Of a stretch of DNA of 64,000 bases, positions 20,797 through 30,562 are shown piece by piece. Every line of letters starts with the position of its first letter. Positions within the stretch are counted from its first letter, which is position 1. The position numbers were made by a program, and so were the translations under genes. Below the pieces are notes generated by a model, which saw only the letters and a list, made by a program, of their open reading frames with translations, did no database searches and was not told where the DNA came from. Source of the DNA: Candidatus Bathyarchaeota archaeon (GTDB lineage: Archaea > Thermoproteota > Bathyarchaeia > Bathyarchaeales > Bathycorpusculaceae); assembly GCA_963717465.1 (NCBI GenBank), contig OY970340.1:1952001-2016000 (forward strand), in the 5' to 3' direction.

Positions 20797-22884
20797 TTAA
20801 GGCAAGCTGCTATACCAATTGTTTGCAGCTCGTGCTTTCACTTCAAGCGCAGTAAGCCGATCACGCAATGCACGTGCAACAGACGCAGCACCTTGATTCT
20901 GGCCATAACTCCACACTTGCGTCTGAAGTTTCTGAGCAACTGGCACAAGAGAAAGCTCCACCCGGTGATTCCATCCTAGCTCAGGCGATAAGCGGTCTAA
21001 TATGTGATGAACTTCCATGAAACGGTAAGCGCCATTCGTTAAATTCCATTGATCAACTGTGACGTTTACTTTGTAACCTGGCTGCGTCATCCAGCCTTGA
21101 CCAGCAACAAAAGCCGCATCACCTTTAATCCACAAAGTGATTTTGTCAAGAGGCGCCTTTCGCTTTTGATAAATACTTTGGCTATAATCATTTGCTTCTC
21201 TAAAAGTTCCAAAATCGCTTCTTGTGCTAAGCCATTGTTCTTTTCCAAAACCATGAGGATAAGTTACCCCGTTAACAGTGTATGGTGCATTATAGTTTGT
21301 TGGATCTGGGTCTATTGGGTTTGCATTTGCCCAGTATGCGACAGCTACAGGAGTAACACCAGGAATTTGCAAATTATCAATTAAAACATAGCTGGCACCA
21401 GATATCGAGGGAACAAAATAGCCTACAAATTCGAAAGAGACAATTCTCCAGTTAAAAGTTGTTGAACTGCCATAATAGTTCCAAGCATCATATGTCGGCG
21501 CAGGCAATCGATTATAAATAACTACTGACGCTCCTGACGCCATTGACAAGCTTGTCCACGTACCAGTATTTGATAAAACCGTATTACTAAACCATTGAAT
21601 CTGATTTCCAGCATCATCAGTCAAAATAACTGACCAATCAAATTGTACTCCGGCACCTACAGGCGCGTAAGCTTCAAACGTGATACTTTCAGGCTCAGTT
21701 AACTGGCTGTAATCAATTTTAGATATGCCATAAAGTGGGAAAACAAGCCTGCCTCCACAATAACCTGAACTAGCTTTTGGAAGCTCAATTGATGCCACTC
21801 CTGCAGTTGGAGCAATTGGCGGAGTTCCAGTAAAATCTACAGGGTAATCTATAGACTGAACAGTTGTTTGAGTAGCAGCGGGCTTCCAGTCTGAAGCATT
21901 TAGTTCGGTGAAAACATCAACATTACTTAAACTGAGCAGAGTGACAATGTAGTTTTTAAGGTCTGTTACATCGCCTTTATTCCTGTCAACAAGCTTAATG
22001 ATATTACTTGTAGGGTCGTTAGCTACTGATTTAAGGGTTAAATCGCTGCTGGGTTGATTGCTTGACCCATCATGAGGAAAAATACGCAGGACATTATTTG
22101 TATGTACAAAACCGTCATAATCAACTAGCTCTAAAACTTCCCGGACAATATCAAGCAAGTATTTGCCATTGGGCTGGTAATAAATTGGGTTTGTTGAAGT
22201 TGGAGCCGCTAAACTCACGCTTGTACCTGAATTAGCAAACACATCCTGCAATAACGCTTCAACAAGCATGGGCATATAGAACTTGTTAAAAATAAGCATC
22301 TGCAGGTTTCGTCCAAGATCCCGGCCGATAGTGGCGAAAGTGGGAATTCCTTTGGTCTGGTAATCCTCGGTTATCATTGATTCTGGAATGTCAACGTAGC
22401 CTTTCATCATCGGGTATTGCTTGTTATAAATTGCTACAGACGCTTTAGGAGCAATGTTCTCTAAGGCTTGGTTTTGATTGAAATAGCTTATTTGGAAGCG
22501 GCCTACGCCTTCAGTAGCTTTAAGCCACATTTCAATACGTTGTACATAATTGCTGTAATCAGTACCATCGATCAAGACAGTTGGCAAAGTTGAAGCGATA
22601 GTATCGAGAGAAATAATCGTGTCTATTGGGTAAGATTGGGAGTCTTTGCAGCCAACTTTTTCCGTTAGCGTTATGTTTTGGTGAGTACCGATAATTTGAC
22701 TTTGAGCGTCCTTGCAGCCTACTTTCTCTGTTAAAGTTACATTGTGATTTGTTCCCGTAATTGAGTTTTTAGTGTCTTTAACTCCTATTTTTTCAGTTAA
22801 CGTTATATAGTGAGGAAGTCCGGCGATTTGAGTGTCTTTTCCACCTATCTTCTCGGTAAGCGCAACATTATATGTAGTGCCCAT
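20797..22884 (-). CDS. Tail hub/baseplate-like protein with N-terminal repeats and an inserted beta-sandwich domain
   Basis: Distal position; MKGYVD, IGRDL..LQ, DGFV..LRIF and PG.KV.V hub-like pattern; four LTEK(I/V)GxKD repeats. Confidence 0.6.
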   Translation of the reverse strand: MGTTYNVALTEKIGGKDTQIAGLPHYITLTEKIGVKDTKNSITGTNHNVTLTEKVGCKDAQSQIIGTHQNITLTEKVGCKDSQSYPIDTIISLDTIASTLPTVLIDGTDYSNYVQRIEMWLKATEGVGRFQISYFNQNQALENIAPKASVAIYNKQYPMMKGYVDIPESMITEDYQTKGIPTFATIGRDLGRNLQMLIFNKFYMPMLVEALLQDVFANSGTSVSLAAPTSTNPIYYQPNGKYLLDIVREVLELVDYDGFVHTNNVLRIFPHDGSSNQPSSDLTLKSVANDPTSNIIKLVDRNKGDVTDLKNYIVTLLSLSNVDVFTELNASDWKPAATQTTVQSIDYPVDFTGTPPIAPTAGVASIELPKASSGYCGGRLVFPLYGISKIDYSQLTEPESITFEAYAPVGAGVQFDWSVILTDDAGNQIQWFSNTVLSNTGTWTSLSMASGASVVIYNRLPAPTYDAWNYYGSSTTFNWRIVSFEFVGYFVPSISGASYVLIDNLQIPGVTPVAVAYWANANPIDPDPTNYNAPYTVNGVTYPHGFGKEQWLSTRSDFGTFREANDYSQSIYQKRKAPLDKITLWIKGDAAFVAGQGWMTQPGYKVNVTVDQWNLTNGAYRFMEVHHILDRLSPELGWNHRVELSLVPVAQKLQTQVWSYGQNQGAASVARALRDRLTALEVKARAANNWYSSLP

Positions 22885-22898
22885 TCATTTGCCTTCAA

Positions 22899-23507
22899 TT
22901 AACTGCCTTGCTCAAACTGCACTTTTATTGTCAGATTCAAAACGTCTCCAGCACTCCAGTTCAATGTTTGCGCTGAATTCACCTGATGCATACATAATGT
23001 GTTTGTTGTGCCCTGGTCTAATCCGGACTCTGTCCATTGCATGGAACCACTAAGGCCATCTGATGAACTGAATGAAGCGGCAAACTGCGCAGTATCATTG
23101 GTACAAACTGTAGTCGCATAAGTTACATTAGCGGTCTTTCGCTTAGTTAACGATTGCAAATTAACATCACTAACATTAGCCGCTGTAGTTCCTGTGCCAA
23201 TTACAATACTGATTGCTTGCGTAACTGAACCTTGAGTGCTACTAACTAGAAGGCTTCCCAACATACCTAAACCGTAAGCAGTAATCAAATCAACGTTTCT
23301 GCCATGAGCTTTTACTTTTCCTGTTTTATCTTTGATTTCCCATTCTACAGAATCACAAATTCTTATTTTGCTCTCCATAATTTTTTCACCTCGATTAACA
23401 TTTTCATTTTTTGGTTGACTTTGATTTTGAGGCTGATTTTGAGTTTTGGATGCTTGGTTTTTCAGCAAGATATTTCTTAAAAATGCAAGAAATTGGTTTA
23501 ACCACAA
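22899..23507 (-). CDS. Tail fibre/collar-like structural protein (start probably MESKI ~23378)
   Basis: LITAYG..IVIGTGTTAANVSD..L..TESGL..GDVLNLT pattern seen in tail-collar fibre N-domains. Confidence 0.6.
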   Translation of the reverse strand: MWLNQFLAFLRNILLKNQASKTQNQPQNQSQPKNENVNRGEKIMESKIRICDSVEWEIKDKTGKVKAHGRNVDLITAYGLGMLGSLLVSSTQGSVTQAISIVIGTGTTAANVSDVNLQSLTKRKTANVTYATTVCTNDTAQFAASFSSSDGLSGSMQWTESGLDQGTTNTLCMHQVNSAQTLNWSAGDVLNLTIKVQFEQGS

Positions 23508-23532
23508 TTTATTTTGGCCTCACACTTCTTTT

Positions 23533-24126
23533 TTACTCTGAAACTGTGCTCCGGTACACTTGACGATACTCAATACTTCGTTGCTTCTCGATCGCTTGAT
23601 TCTGGAGGTATTGTTGATACTTGGCCCATTCTTGAAAAGCAATTGTGATTAGTGGCATCAAGATAGGCGCAATGATAGGTGCTAATTCAGGTGCTATTTC
23701 CTTTAATGCTTCGTGCGATAGGAAATGAGCTGCCGCTTCTGGGCTTCTTGCTGCTCGGAACCCACGCATCATACTGCGGGTACTCATTGATTCGCCCTCA
23801 TCAGATTGCTCTTGACTCCAATACGCATTATACTCGCTCGTATCTACCATCTCTCCGTACTCTTCGGTTTCCAGTGTACAACGGCAACCAAAGTGCCCGT
23901 TAACGTCCCAGCTCTCATCTGACACACGTTCAGCATGCAAAAATAACGAAGGAATCTGGCTTTCGTCAAATTCTAATCCATCCCAGGGCAGGCAATCCTT
24001 GCAAGCACCAAGAAACACGTGATACGTAAACTTCCGTTCTGGCTGCTGCCCTCCAACTTCAGCATCTTCAGCCATCCAAAGCAGACCGTTTACGGCGGAT
24101 AACCACTTGGAGGCGTGACAGTACAA
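23533..24126 (-). CDS. Protein with MuF-like C-x2-C..H-x2-CRC motif and helical C-terminus
   Basis: ACKDCLPWDG..F..GHFGCRCTL; sits where a tape measure gene is expected. Confidence 0.5.
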   Translation of the reverse strand: MYCHASKWLSAVNGLLWMAEDAEVGGQQPERKFTYHVFLGACKDCLPWDGLEFDESQIPSLFLHAERVSDESWDVNGHFGCRCTLETEEYGEMVDTSEYNAYWSQEQSDEGESMSTRSMMRGFRAARSPEAAAHFLSHEALKEIAPELAPIIAPILMPLITIAFQEWAKYQQYLQNQAIEKQRSIEYRQVYRSTVSE

Positions 24127-24560
24127 TAAAATGCTTGAAACGGGTAAACCCTGATAACTTCTTTGTCAACTTCAAAATCGCCAGGATCATCCACGGCAAT
24201 GAATCCGGTGAAGGTATAGGTCCAGGCGCGGCCAAGAGCATCTTTGGTTGTTGCGACAACGTAGGGGATTTGCGGGTTATCACCGTTTGGAACAATGTAC
24301 GCTTTGGTGCCGCCTGCAACAAGCGGATTCTTGTAAAAGGCCGCGTAGGCCTCTGAGGTGCAGTGGATTTCGCCTTTAATCATTTTATGTGGTTTATGCC
24401 AGTCAATCGGGTTTGTCTGGTTCATAACGTTTGCAGGTTTATACTCGCGTGGAACAGGCTCATACCATATGCGGCGAACATTACTAACTGACATGTTGTC
24501 GCCTGTTGTTGCTGAATTGCCGATTACAAGCGTGACGCCTGTAGTTAAAATTACAACCAT
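24090..24560 (-). CDS. Putative tail tube protein
   Basis: Size, beta-rich composition and gene position only. Confidence 0.4.
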   Translation of the reverse strand: MVVILTTGVTLVIGNSATTGDNMSVSNVRRIWYEPVPREYKPANVMNQTNPIDWHKPHKMIKGEIHCTSEAYAAFYKNPLVAGGTKAYIVPNGDNPQIPYVVATTKDALGRAWTYTFTGFIAVDDPGDFEVDKEVIRVYPFQAFYCTVTPPSGYPP

Positions 24561-24577
24561 CTTTCTTTTTCACTATC

Positions 24578-25030
24578 CTATTGAATTATGCTAACTGTTA
24601 CCGTGATTGTCTGCTTAACCCAACTTGCAAGCTCATTTGGGATGTCGCTTTTGGGCTTGATAAAAAAATTAGTTACTGAATTTGAATTGGTTTCAATGAT
24701 GCTGTTTACAACGGCTCGAAGGTTGGCTCTTTGCTGAAGCATATTGGGTAAAGTATCGCCTTTCACGTAAACGTCAACGATTACTTCATCATCAAGGCGC
24801 CAAGCACCAGGATAAAGAAGACGAGTTTTCGGTGCTCTACCAGGATAACAAGTGATCGCTGATTTATTCTTCGATTGCGATCCAGGCCAAGCTAGCGCTG
24901 ATGGTTTATCTGTGAGCCAATCAATCTGCGTTAGGGCTGGTGCAGTTAAACCTAAAGTCGTGACTGTGGCAGCATAATTAGTGTTAAGTAAGTTGCTGAG
25001 TGTCTTCACGTTGCTTGAAGCGTTGCTCAA
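24578..25030 (-). CDS. Putative tail completion/terminator protein
   Basis: Size, position, VIVDVYV pattern; SD GGTGA. Confidence 0.4.
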   Translation of the reverse strand: MSNASSNVKTLSNLLNTNYAATVTTLGLTAPALTQIDWLTDKPSALAWPGSQSKNKSAITCYPGRAPKTRLLYPGAWRLDDEVIVDVYVKGDTLPNMLQQRANLRAVVNSIIETNSNSVTNFFIKPKSDIPNELASWVKQTITVTVSIIQ

Positions 25031-25042
25031 TTATTATTCACC

Positions 25043-26041
25043 TTAGTAGCCGTCTGGCCAGCTGGGGTAACGATTATAAGCGTAAATATTTTGGATGCGA
25101 CTGCCGATTGCCGCGCTTGCTGAAGCACTTGGTAAGGTCACGTTTATCAAGTTGCTTTTTGCGCTTTCACGGAAGCCCTCAATTGCCATTTTAATTGCAG
25201 CTGCATAGGGTCCTGCACGCTGCATACTCATATCGCCAATTGAATAATCGTAAGCGCCTACGAGTGCACCGCCGACGCTTGCCACAAGGATTCCCATACA
25301 TGCCAAGTCTGTAGCACCTAACTCAGCGAAGGGTACACGTGAATCGTTTGACGGGTAAATTATTGACGGCGCCAAATTATATACGTACTTGTTTGCATGG
25401 TTAATCTGCGTTTGAATCGAAGAGAATGATAGATTTAAGCCATAAACCGTGTAATTCCCGTTTGAATCAGGTCCTTGGGCGCCTAAACGACTGATTACAT
25501 CATTGAAACTTGCGAAGGCAGGAGTAAAAAGTGCAATGGGTTCATAAAGAAAAGTTGCTGTTGATCCCGCTATGATTTCGAAGCCTCTTTGGCCAACACC
25601 AACCAGCGGCAGCAAATCTTCAGCTTCAACCACAGTGAAATCGTTTACTTGACCATAAACTGCAAAGGATCCGTCACTGAGAATTTCACTTTCCACAGCT
25701 AAGTTGTACGTTTGCCCAATGGTTACTGGAAAAGTTCGTGAAGCTAAAACGTTTCTTGAAGTCTCCGCGCCCTCCTCATTACGTACAACCGCTTCCAATG
25801 TTGCAACGTTATTTGCCGCGTCAAGATACATGGCTAAATAGTACTCATTCCAGCCTGCATCATATGTGTGATTAACGATTAAGCCTGCCTTGCCTGGGCT
25901 TGCTGGAATAGTCACTTGGGCTTGATGAGTGTAATTCTGATCAGTTTCTGAACCTTCCACAGCTGAGGCTTTACCCGTAGCATCAACGGTACCTATTATA
26001 GTGTTACCGTTTTGACTCCAAATGCCCAGAATAGTTTTCAA
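25043..26041 (-). CDS. Head-tail adaptor-like domain fused to an N-terminal beta-sandwich domain
   Basis: C-terminal FASFNDV..IQTQINHANKYV..ATDLAC..YSIGDMS resembles head-tail connector proteins. Confidence 0.55.
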   Translation of the reverse strand: MKTILGIWSQNGNTIIGTVDATGKASAVEGSETDQNYTHQAQVTIPASPGKAGLIVNHTYDAGWNEYYLAMYLDAANNVATLEAVVRNEEGAETSRNVLASRTFPVTIGQTYNLAVESEILSDGSFAVYGQVNDFTVVEAEDLLPLVGVGQRGFEIIAGSTATFLYEPIALFTPAFASFNDVISRLGAQGPDSNGNYTVYGLNLSFSSIQTQINHANKYVYNLAPSIIYPSNDSRVPFAELGATDLACMGILVASVGGALVGAYDYSIGDMSMQRAGPYAAAIKMAIEGFRESAKSNLINVTLPSASASAAIGSRIQNIYAYNRYPSWPDGY

Positions 26042-26044
26042 AGT

Positions 26045-28726
26045 TTAATCAAGCTCCCAATAATTAGAGAATAGACCATCAAAAGATGAGGGTCTAAAGT
26101 CGATGTATGCTGTTTGTATTCTGCTTTTTTGTAGTCTGCGGTAGAAGTATGCTACTACGGCGCCAACTCCCCCTGTAACTACAACTATAGCAACGGGCAC
26201 TGCGTAAACAGGCGGCGCATTACCATTATTAACGGTAAATGTGACTGTGCCATAAGCTACTGCGCCGTTTGCTCCTGTTACTTCGCAGCAGAGCGTTACC
26301 ATTTCCGTGTCAGTTATTCCCGTTATGTTTGCTGTTTGGCTTGTTTGGTTTGTTGTATAGAGCCATGTCTCATTCGCTAAAAGTACGTTCCAATTGAAGA
26401 CTGGAAAAGTGTCGTTGCCTGATGTAGACAAATCAACTGGTATACTGCCTTGATAAACAGTAGCTTGAGGTGAGAGAAACACTATGCCGATTGTGTACGT
26501 GTTGATAACTGCGACTGGATAGCTTGTTTGGGTAAATAATGCATAAACTATGAGATCGCTCAACATTGAAAGTGTATAAGAATCGCCTGTTAGAGTGACG
26601 TTTGAGCCATCGACGTTTAAAGCAGTAATTTGAGAGTATTGATTTGGCGTTAAAGTGATGGTTTCCTGAGTGTCATTCATGTCAGTGTAGCTTCCAGTAT
26701 TAGGCGAAACAGTATCGCCAATAGAAGGGCAGTTGAAACTCAAAACATTCACAGGTGAATAGACTGCAGGAGAGCCAGTGGATTCTTGAACGGAACAATT
26801 ATCAATATAGCAATATGAGGACGACTGATTGTTCTGATACTCAATTGATATTTGATTGAAGTATCCAGCTATTGTCGGAGCAGTTAAAGTCAGGACATTA
26901 TTTACGTAGAGTGAAGCGCCTTGAGTCGTTGACAAGGCATTTGCAACGCAACAAAGATTATACCACGTGCCATTATTCGGGTTAGCGGTAGTATTCCAAT
27001 AGTAATTAAAATGGCCAGTGCTTGAACAGATCCAAATGCCCCAAATAATCGATGAACCAGTATTGTTAACTAAGACTTCGAAGGGGTTTTGGTCGTAAGT
27101 GTTGTTTATGCAGTTGAAGAAGTAAAATATTTGTCCTGAGCCAGGATTGTTGTTCCAATAGACGGAGAAGTTGAATTCTACTTGTTGAACTACGGCTGGC
27201 AGATTATAGTAAGCGCCGTCACCGTTATATTTGACTTCCATTGAGTAAGCATCGCCTGAGTATGTTGGTGAAGGGACGAACCAGGGGCCGCCATTGTAAG
27301 TTGTTGTTCCCGACCATGCGTTTGCGTTTCCGCCTTGGAAGCTATTTTGGAAATAGAGCGTCGTGTTAAGAGTATCTAAGCTTAATAATTGTGAGTCTAT
27401 GCCATTGTCTGTTATTCCAAAAGTGCAGTTTGAAAGGTTATTCTGGAAGGTTCTTGTGTTGTAGGAGTTTGCATCGATGTAAATGCCCGTCCATGCTTGG
27501 TAATTGTTGTACTCGATAAGAGTGCTATTGCTAATGTGAATCCACATGCCATAGTCATTTGGTGAAATGGTAGTCATGGTATTGTTGAAGAAAGAGCAGT
27601 TGTAACAGGATGATACCCAAAAAATGTACCCAAGGGTTGTTGAAGAACTTGAACTATAAATGCTGTTTAAGGAGACTATTTCGTTTATTGAAGATTGCGT
27701 AGCAATAGCCCAAGCATAATTTGTACCCCAATTAGAGATATGATTCTGAGTGATCACATCGCCTATCGCAAGATATGTGAGTATTCCGCTATTGCAGTTA
27801 AAAATCACGTTATCAGCTACATAGTTAGAGTTTACCGGGTTACCTGTTCCTATGTCAATGCCATTAGTACAGTTTGACATCGTGTTTGAAATAAGCCAGT
27901 TGTCTTCGCCTGTCTGCCCATTGTTCGCTCCGTTTGACTCGATTGCTAAGCCATAATGCGATCCAGTGCCTACGCCAGCCCACCCGCCGATATAACCCGT
28001 TATGTTAAAGACCGTGTTGTCTTCAATCGTGCAACTGCTGTAAGTTGAGATTCCCACGTCGCTTGCAAAACTGCAGGTGTTGTTGATTGCTTTTGAGCCT
28101 GCGGCGTATTGTCCTAACTGAATGCAGTTCCATCCGCAATAATTGATAATGCAGTTCTCGATTATGGATGGATTGCACCCTTGCGCAGTGTTAGATATTA
28201 CTGCGCCCATCATTCTGCAGTTAGTTATTGTTCCGCCGTTTATTGTGCAGTTGTCGCAGTTTGAAAGAAAGACTCCGCAGAGAAGGCTAACTACAACCTG
28301 ATTTAACGCATTTCCATTTATCTGAATATTCTCGATTGCGCAGTTGATATCATTCTGCATTAAAAAAACAGTATCGTACAAAACCTCTGTGTTATTCACG
28401 TTATTCGGGAGAGTTAAAAGCGATCCTGACTCAAAAATAACTGTGACTCCAACACAATCAGCCATTATGATGCTTGAACCGTTATTTGTGTACGTGCCAG
28501 CATTAACGGTCACTGTTCCGCCTAAGCCTACATGATTAAAGGCATCCGCGAAGGCATCGTTGGCGCTTACTCCGGAGTAAACGCTGTTACTCACGGATAT
28601 CGTTTCGCCATTAGTGCTAATTGAGCAAGATAATGGCTGAGCTTTTACTGGAACTGAAATGCAAACAAGGGAAATAACAACTGCTAAGATAGCAGTCAAA
28701 ACAAGAATCTTTTTTAGGCTTTTCAT
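26045..28726 (-). CDS. Membrane-anchored surface protein: signal peptide, right-handed beta-helix, lectin-like domain, C-terminal TM
   Basis: MKSLKKILVL..VKA signal; parallel beta-helix repeats; many N-x-S/T sequons; TM followed by RR. Confidence 0.8.
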   Translation of the reverse strand: MKSLKKILVLTAILAVVISLVCISVPVKAQPLSCSISTNGETISVSNSVYSGVSANDAFADAFNHVGLGGTVTVNAGTYTNNGSSIIMADCVGVTVIFESGSLLTLPNNVNNTEVLYDTVFLMQNDINCAIENIQINGNALNQVVVSLLCGVFLSNCDNCTINGGTITNCRMMGAVISNTAQGCNPSIIENCIINYCGWNCIQLGQYAAGSKAINNTCSFASDVGISTYSSCTIEDNTVFNITGYIGGWAGVGTGSHYGLAIESNGANNGQTGEDNWLISNTMSNCTNGIDIGTGNPVNSNYVADNVIFNCNSGILTYLAIGDVITQNHISNWGTNYAWAIATQSSINEIVSLNSIYSSSSSTTLGYIFWVSSCYNCSFFNNTMTTISPNDYGMWIHISNSTLIEYNNYQAWTGIYIDANSYNTRTFQNNLSNCTFGITDNGIDSQLLSLDTLNTTLYFQNSFQGGNANAWSGTTTYNGGPWFVPSPTYSGDAYSMEVKYNGDGAYYNLPAVVQQVEFNFSVYWNNNPGSGQIFYFFNCINNTYDQNPFEVLVNNTGSSIIWGIWICSSTGHFNYYWNTTANPNNGTWYNLCCVANALSTTQGASLYVNNVLTLTAPTIAGYFNQISIEYQNNQSSSYCYIDNCSVQESTGSPAVYSPVNVLSFNCPSIGDTVSPNTGSYTDMNDTQETITLTPNQYSQITALNVDGSNVTLTGDSYTLSMLSDLIVYALFTQTSYPVAVINTYTIGIVFLSPQATVYQGSIPVDLSTSGNDTFPVFNWNVLLANETWLYTTNQTSQTANITGITDTEMVTLCCEVTGANGAVAYGTVTFTVNNGNAPPVYAVPVAIVVVTGGVGAVVAYFYRRLQKSRIQTAYIDFRPSSFDGLFSNYWELD

Positions 28727-29602
28727 CTATCGATCAACCCTTTTTAAAAGGCGCGAATTGGGTATGCAAGGCGAATATGGGCTAATGTACGAGTCAGCGA
28801 CAACAACATCGTCATAATAACAATACGGGTATGTTGTTCCGCCACTATAACCAGCAACAAGTCTAACTTTAGAGAATAAAGCGTTCTCAATTGCTACTAC
28901 CGTAAATGCTCCGACTTGAAAACCGTTAATATACAATACAACTGAGACATTTCTAATTCCCTGAATTTCTACGCAGTACCATATATTAGCGGTTGGGTTA
29001 GGTGTAGAAAAGAACTGCGCGTTTGACATTGAAGAGTTGGTTAAGCCCCACTCCATAGTGCCGCTAACATTTTTTATTAGAACTTGATATGGGTCTGAGT
29101 TCGCGTTAATTATATACGCGAGATAGATAATTTCTCCAGATGCAGGATTAACGCTCCATTGAACGTAAAATCGTAAATTCATCTGAACGATTGAAGCGCT
29201 CAGATTGTATTGAACTTGATATACGTCTCCGCTAAAAAGCTTGCAAGAATACGCATTACTACCGTGCGTAGGAGTAGAAACGATTACAGCACCACTTTCC
29301 GAACTCCAAGCGCTCGTAGTGCCTGACGCGAAACTATCGCTAAAAAGAACCGTGAAATATTGAGCTAAATAATTCCTTTCAAACTGGCTAACTCTTGGAA
29401 AAATATGCTCGTGTACATAGTCTTCAAGCTTCTTTTCGTCTTTTAAGTAAGTAGGCGGAATCTTCAAGGCGTTAGGATAATGTTCTTCGCAGTATGGGCA
29501 TTGATGGCTATTTCGCTTAACGGTTTTTCTGCATTTGGGACAGATATGCTCCCATAATGGAAGCAAACGCAAAAGCCACAGTGGAACGTTCACGATAAGC
29601 AC
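28727..29602 (-). CDS. Zinc-ribbon + lectin-like beta-sandwich protein
   Basis: CPKC..CPYC; C-domain paralogous to the central domain of 26045-28726. Confidence 0.7.
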   Translation of the reverse strand: MLIVNVPLWLLRLLPLWEHICPKCRKTVKRNSHQCPYCEEHYPNALKIPPTYLKDEKKLEDYVHEHIFPRVSQFERNYLAQYFTVLFSDSFASGTTSAWSSESGAVIVSTPTHGSNAYSCKLFSGDVYQVQYNLSASIVQMNLRFYVQWSVNPASGEIIYLAYIINANSDPYQVLIKNVSGTMEWGLTNSSMSNAQFFSTPNPTANIWYCVEIQGIRNVSVVLYINGFQVGAFTVVAIENALFSKVRLVAGYSGGTTYPYCYYDDVVVADSYISPYSPCIPNSRLLKRVDR

Positions 29603-29603
29603 C

Positions 29604-30437
29604 TTAGCTTGCGTCTGTCGATGTGTAAATTACAGTGTAGTAAACTGTTTGAGCCGCGCTAAGATGCAAGTTCAAAGCTTTACCCTGGGCAGTTTTGCAG
29701 TCATACATAGACTCGACGCTTGTGCCATGCCTACCAACACCTTCGCGTACGTTTAAATCCCAATTCTGCCCTACTTGCGTTTCACTTCCGCCAACATCAC
29801 TATAAAACGCAGCCGTCACTACAGCAGTGTTTGCATTTGCCGCCTGCAGGCTAAAATCGTAAACTTTAATCACTTTCCCAGTTACGGCCGCAACTATCGA
29901 GTTATCTCCACTCGCGCTTACGCTTCCAGTTACAACTTGATAGGTTCGCTGTGCAGTTTGAGAAACAAGCGTAGCTAAGTTGCCGCCTGTCTCCTTAGCC
30001 ACGTTAGCTGTTTGGCTCACTATAGTTGCGAGGTTTCCGCCTGTTTCTTTTGCAACATTAGCGGTTTGGCTTGCAATAGTGGCAAGATTGCCAGTTTCTA
30101 AAGCTGGGCTAGCAGGAATATTTGCCACGCTTGTTTTAATTGCGTCTAAGTCAGTTTTCGCTGCTGCTAGATTTCCGCCGCTTTCTTTAGCTAAACCAAC
30201 TGAATCAGTACCTAACGTAACAGCTGGTAAGGCGTTTACACCAATTTTACCCGAAGAATCCACGGCAAGCATGTTTGCTGGCGTATTAGGGTCTTGAATG
30301 TGAATATTTCCAATTGATACGCTCTCAGTTTCTAAGACGGCATCAACCTTAAGCCCATTACTTGTAACTTGAAGCTGCCCAGTTGACCCATCCGCATTTT
30401 TTATAATAACTGCTTGTTCAACAGTGCTAGAACTCAA
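29604..30437 (-). CDS. Putative head fibre/decoration protein with 18-aa repeats
   Basis: AKETGGNLATIVSQTANV-type repeats; directly follows the MCP; SD GGAGGT. Confidence 0.55.
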   Translation of the reverse strand: MSSSTVEQAVIIKNADGSTGQLQVTSNGLKVDAVLETESVSIGNIHIQDPNTPANMLAVDSSGKIGVNALPAVTLGTDSVGLAKESGGNLAAAKTDLDAIKTSVANIPASPALETGNLATIASQTANVAKETGGNLATIVSQTANVAKETGGNLATLVSQTAQRTYQVVTGSVSASGDNSIVAAVTGKVIKVYDFSLQAANANTAVVTAAFYSDVGGSETQVGQNWDLNVREGVGRHGTSVESMYDCKTAQGKALNLHLSAAQTVYYTVIYTSTDAS

Positions 30438-30562
30438 TTTTAATTAACCTCCAAAATCCAAAATCAAAAGTTTTTATTTGAGAAATATTGCCGGCTTTTA
30501 ACGGTCCCAAGACTTAAAAGACTGGGGCGAGGGAAAATTGTGGAAAACTGGAAACTGCATGT

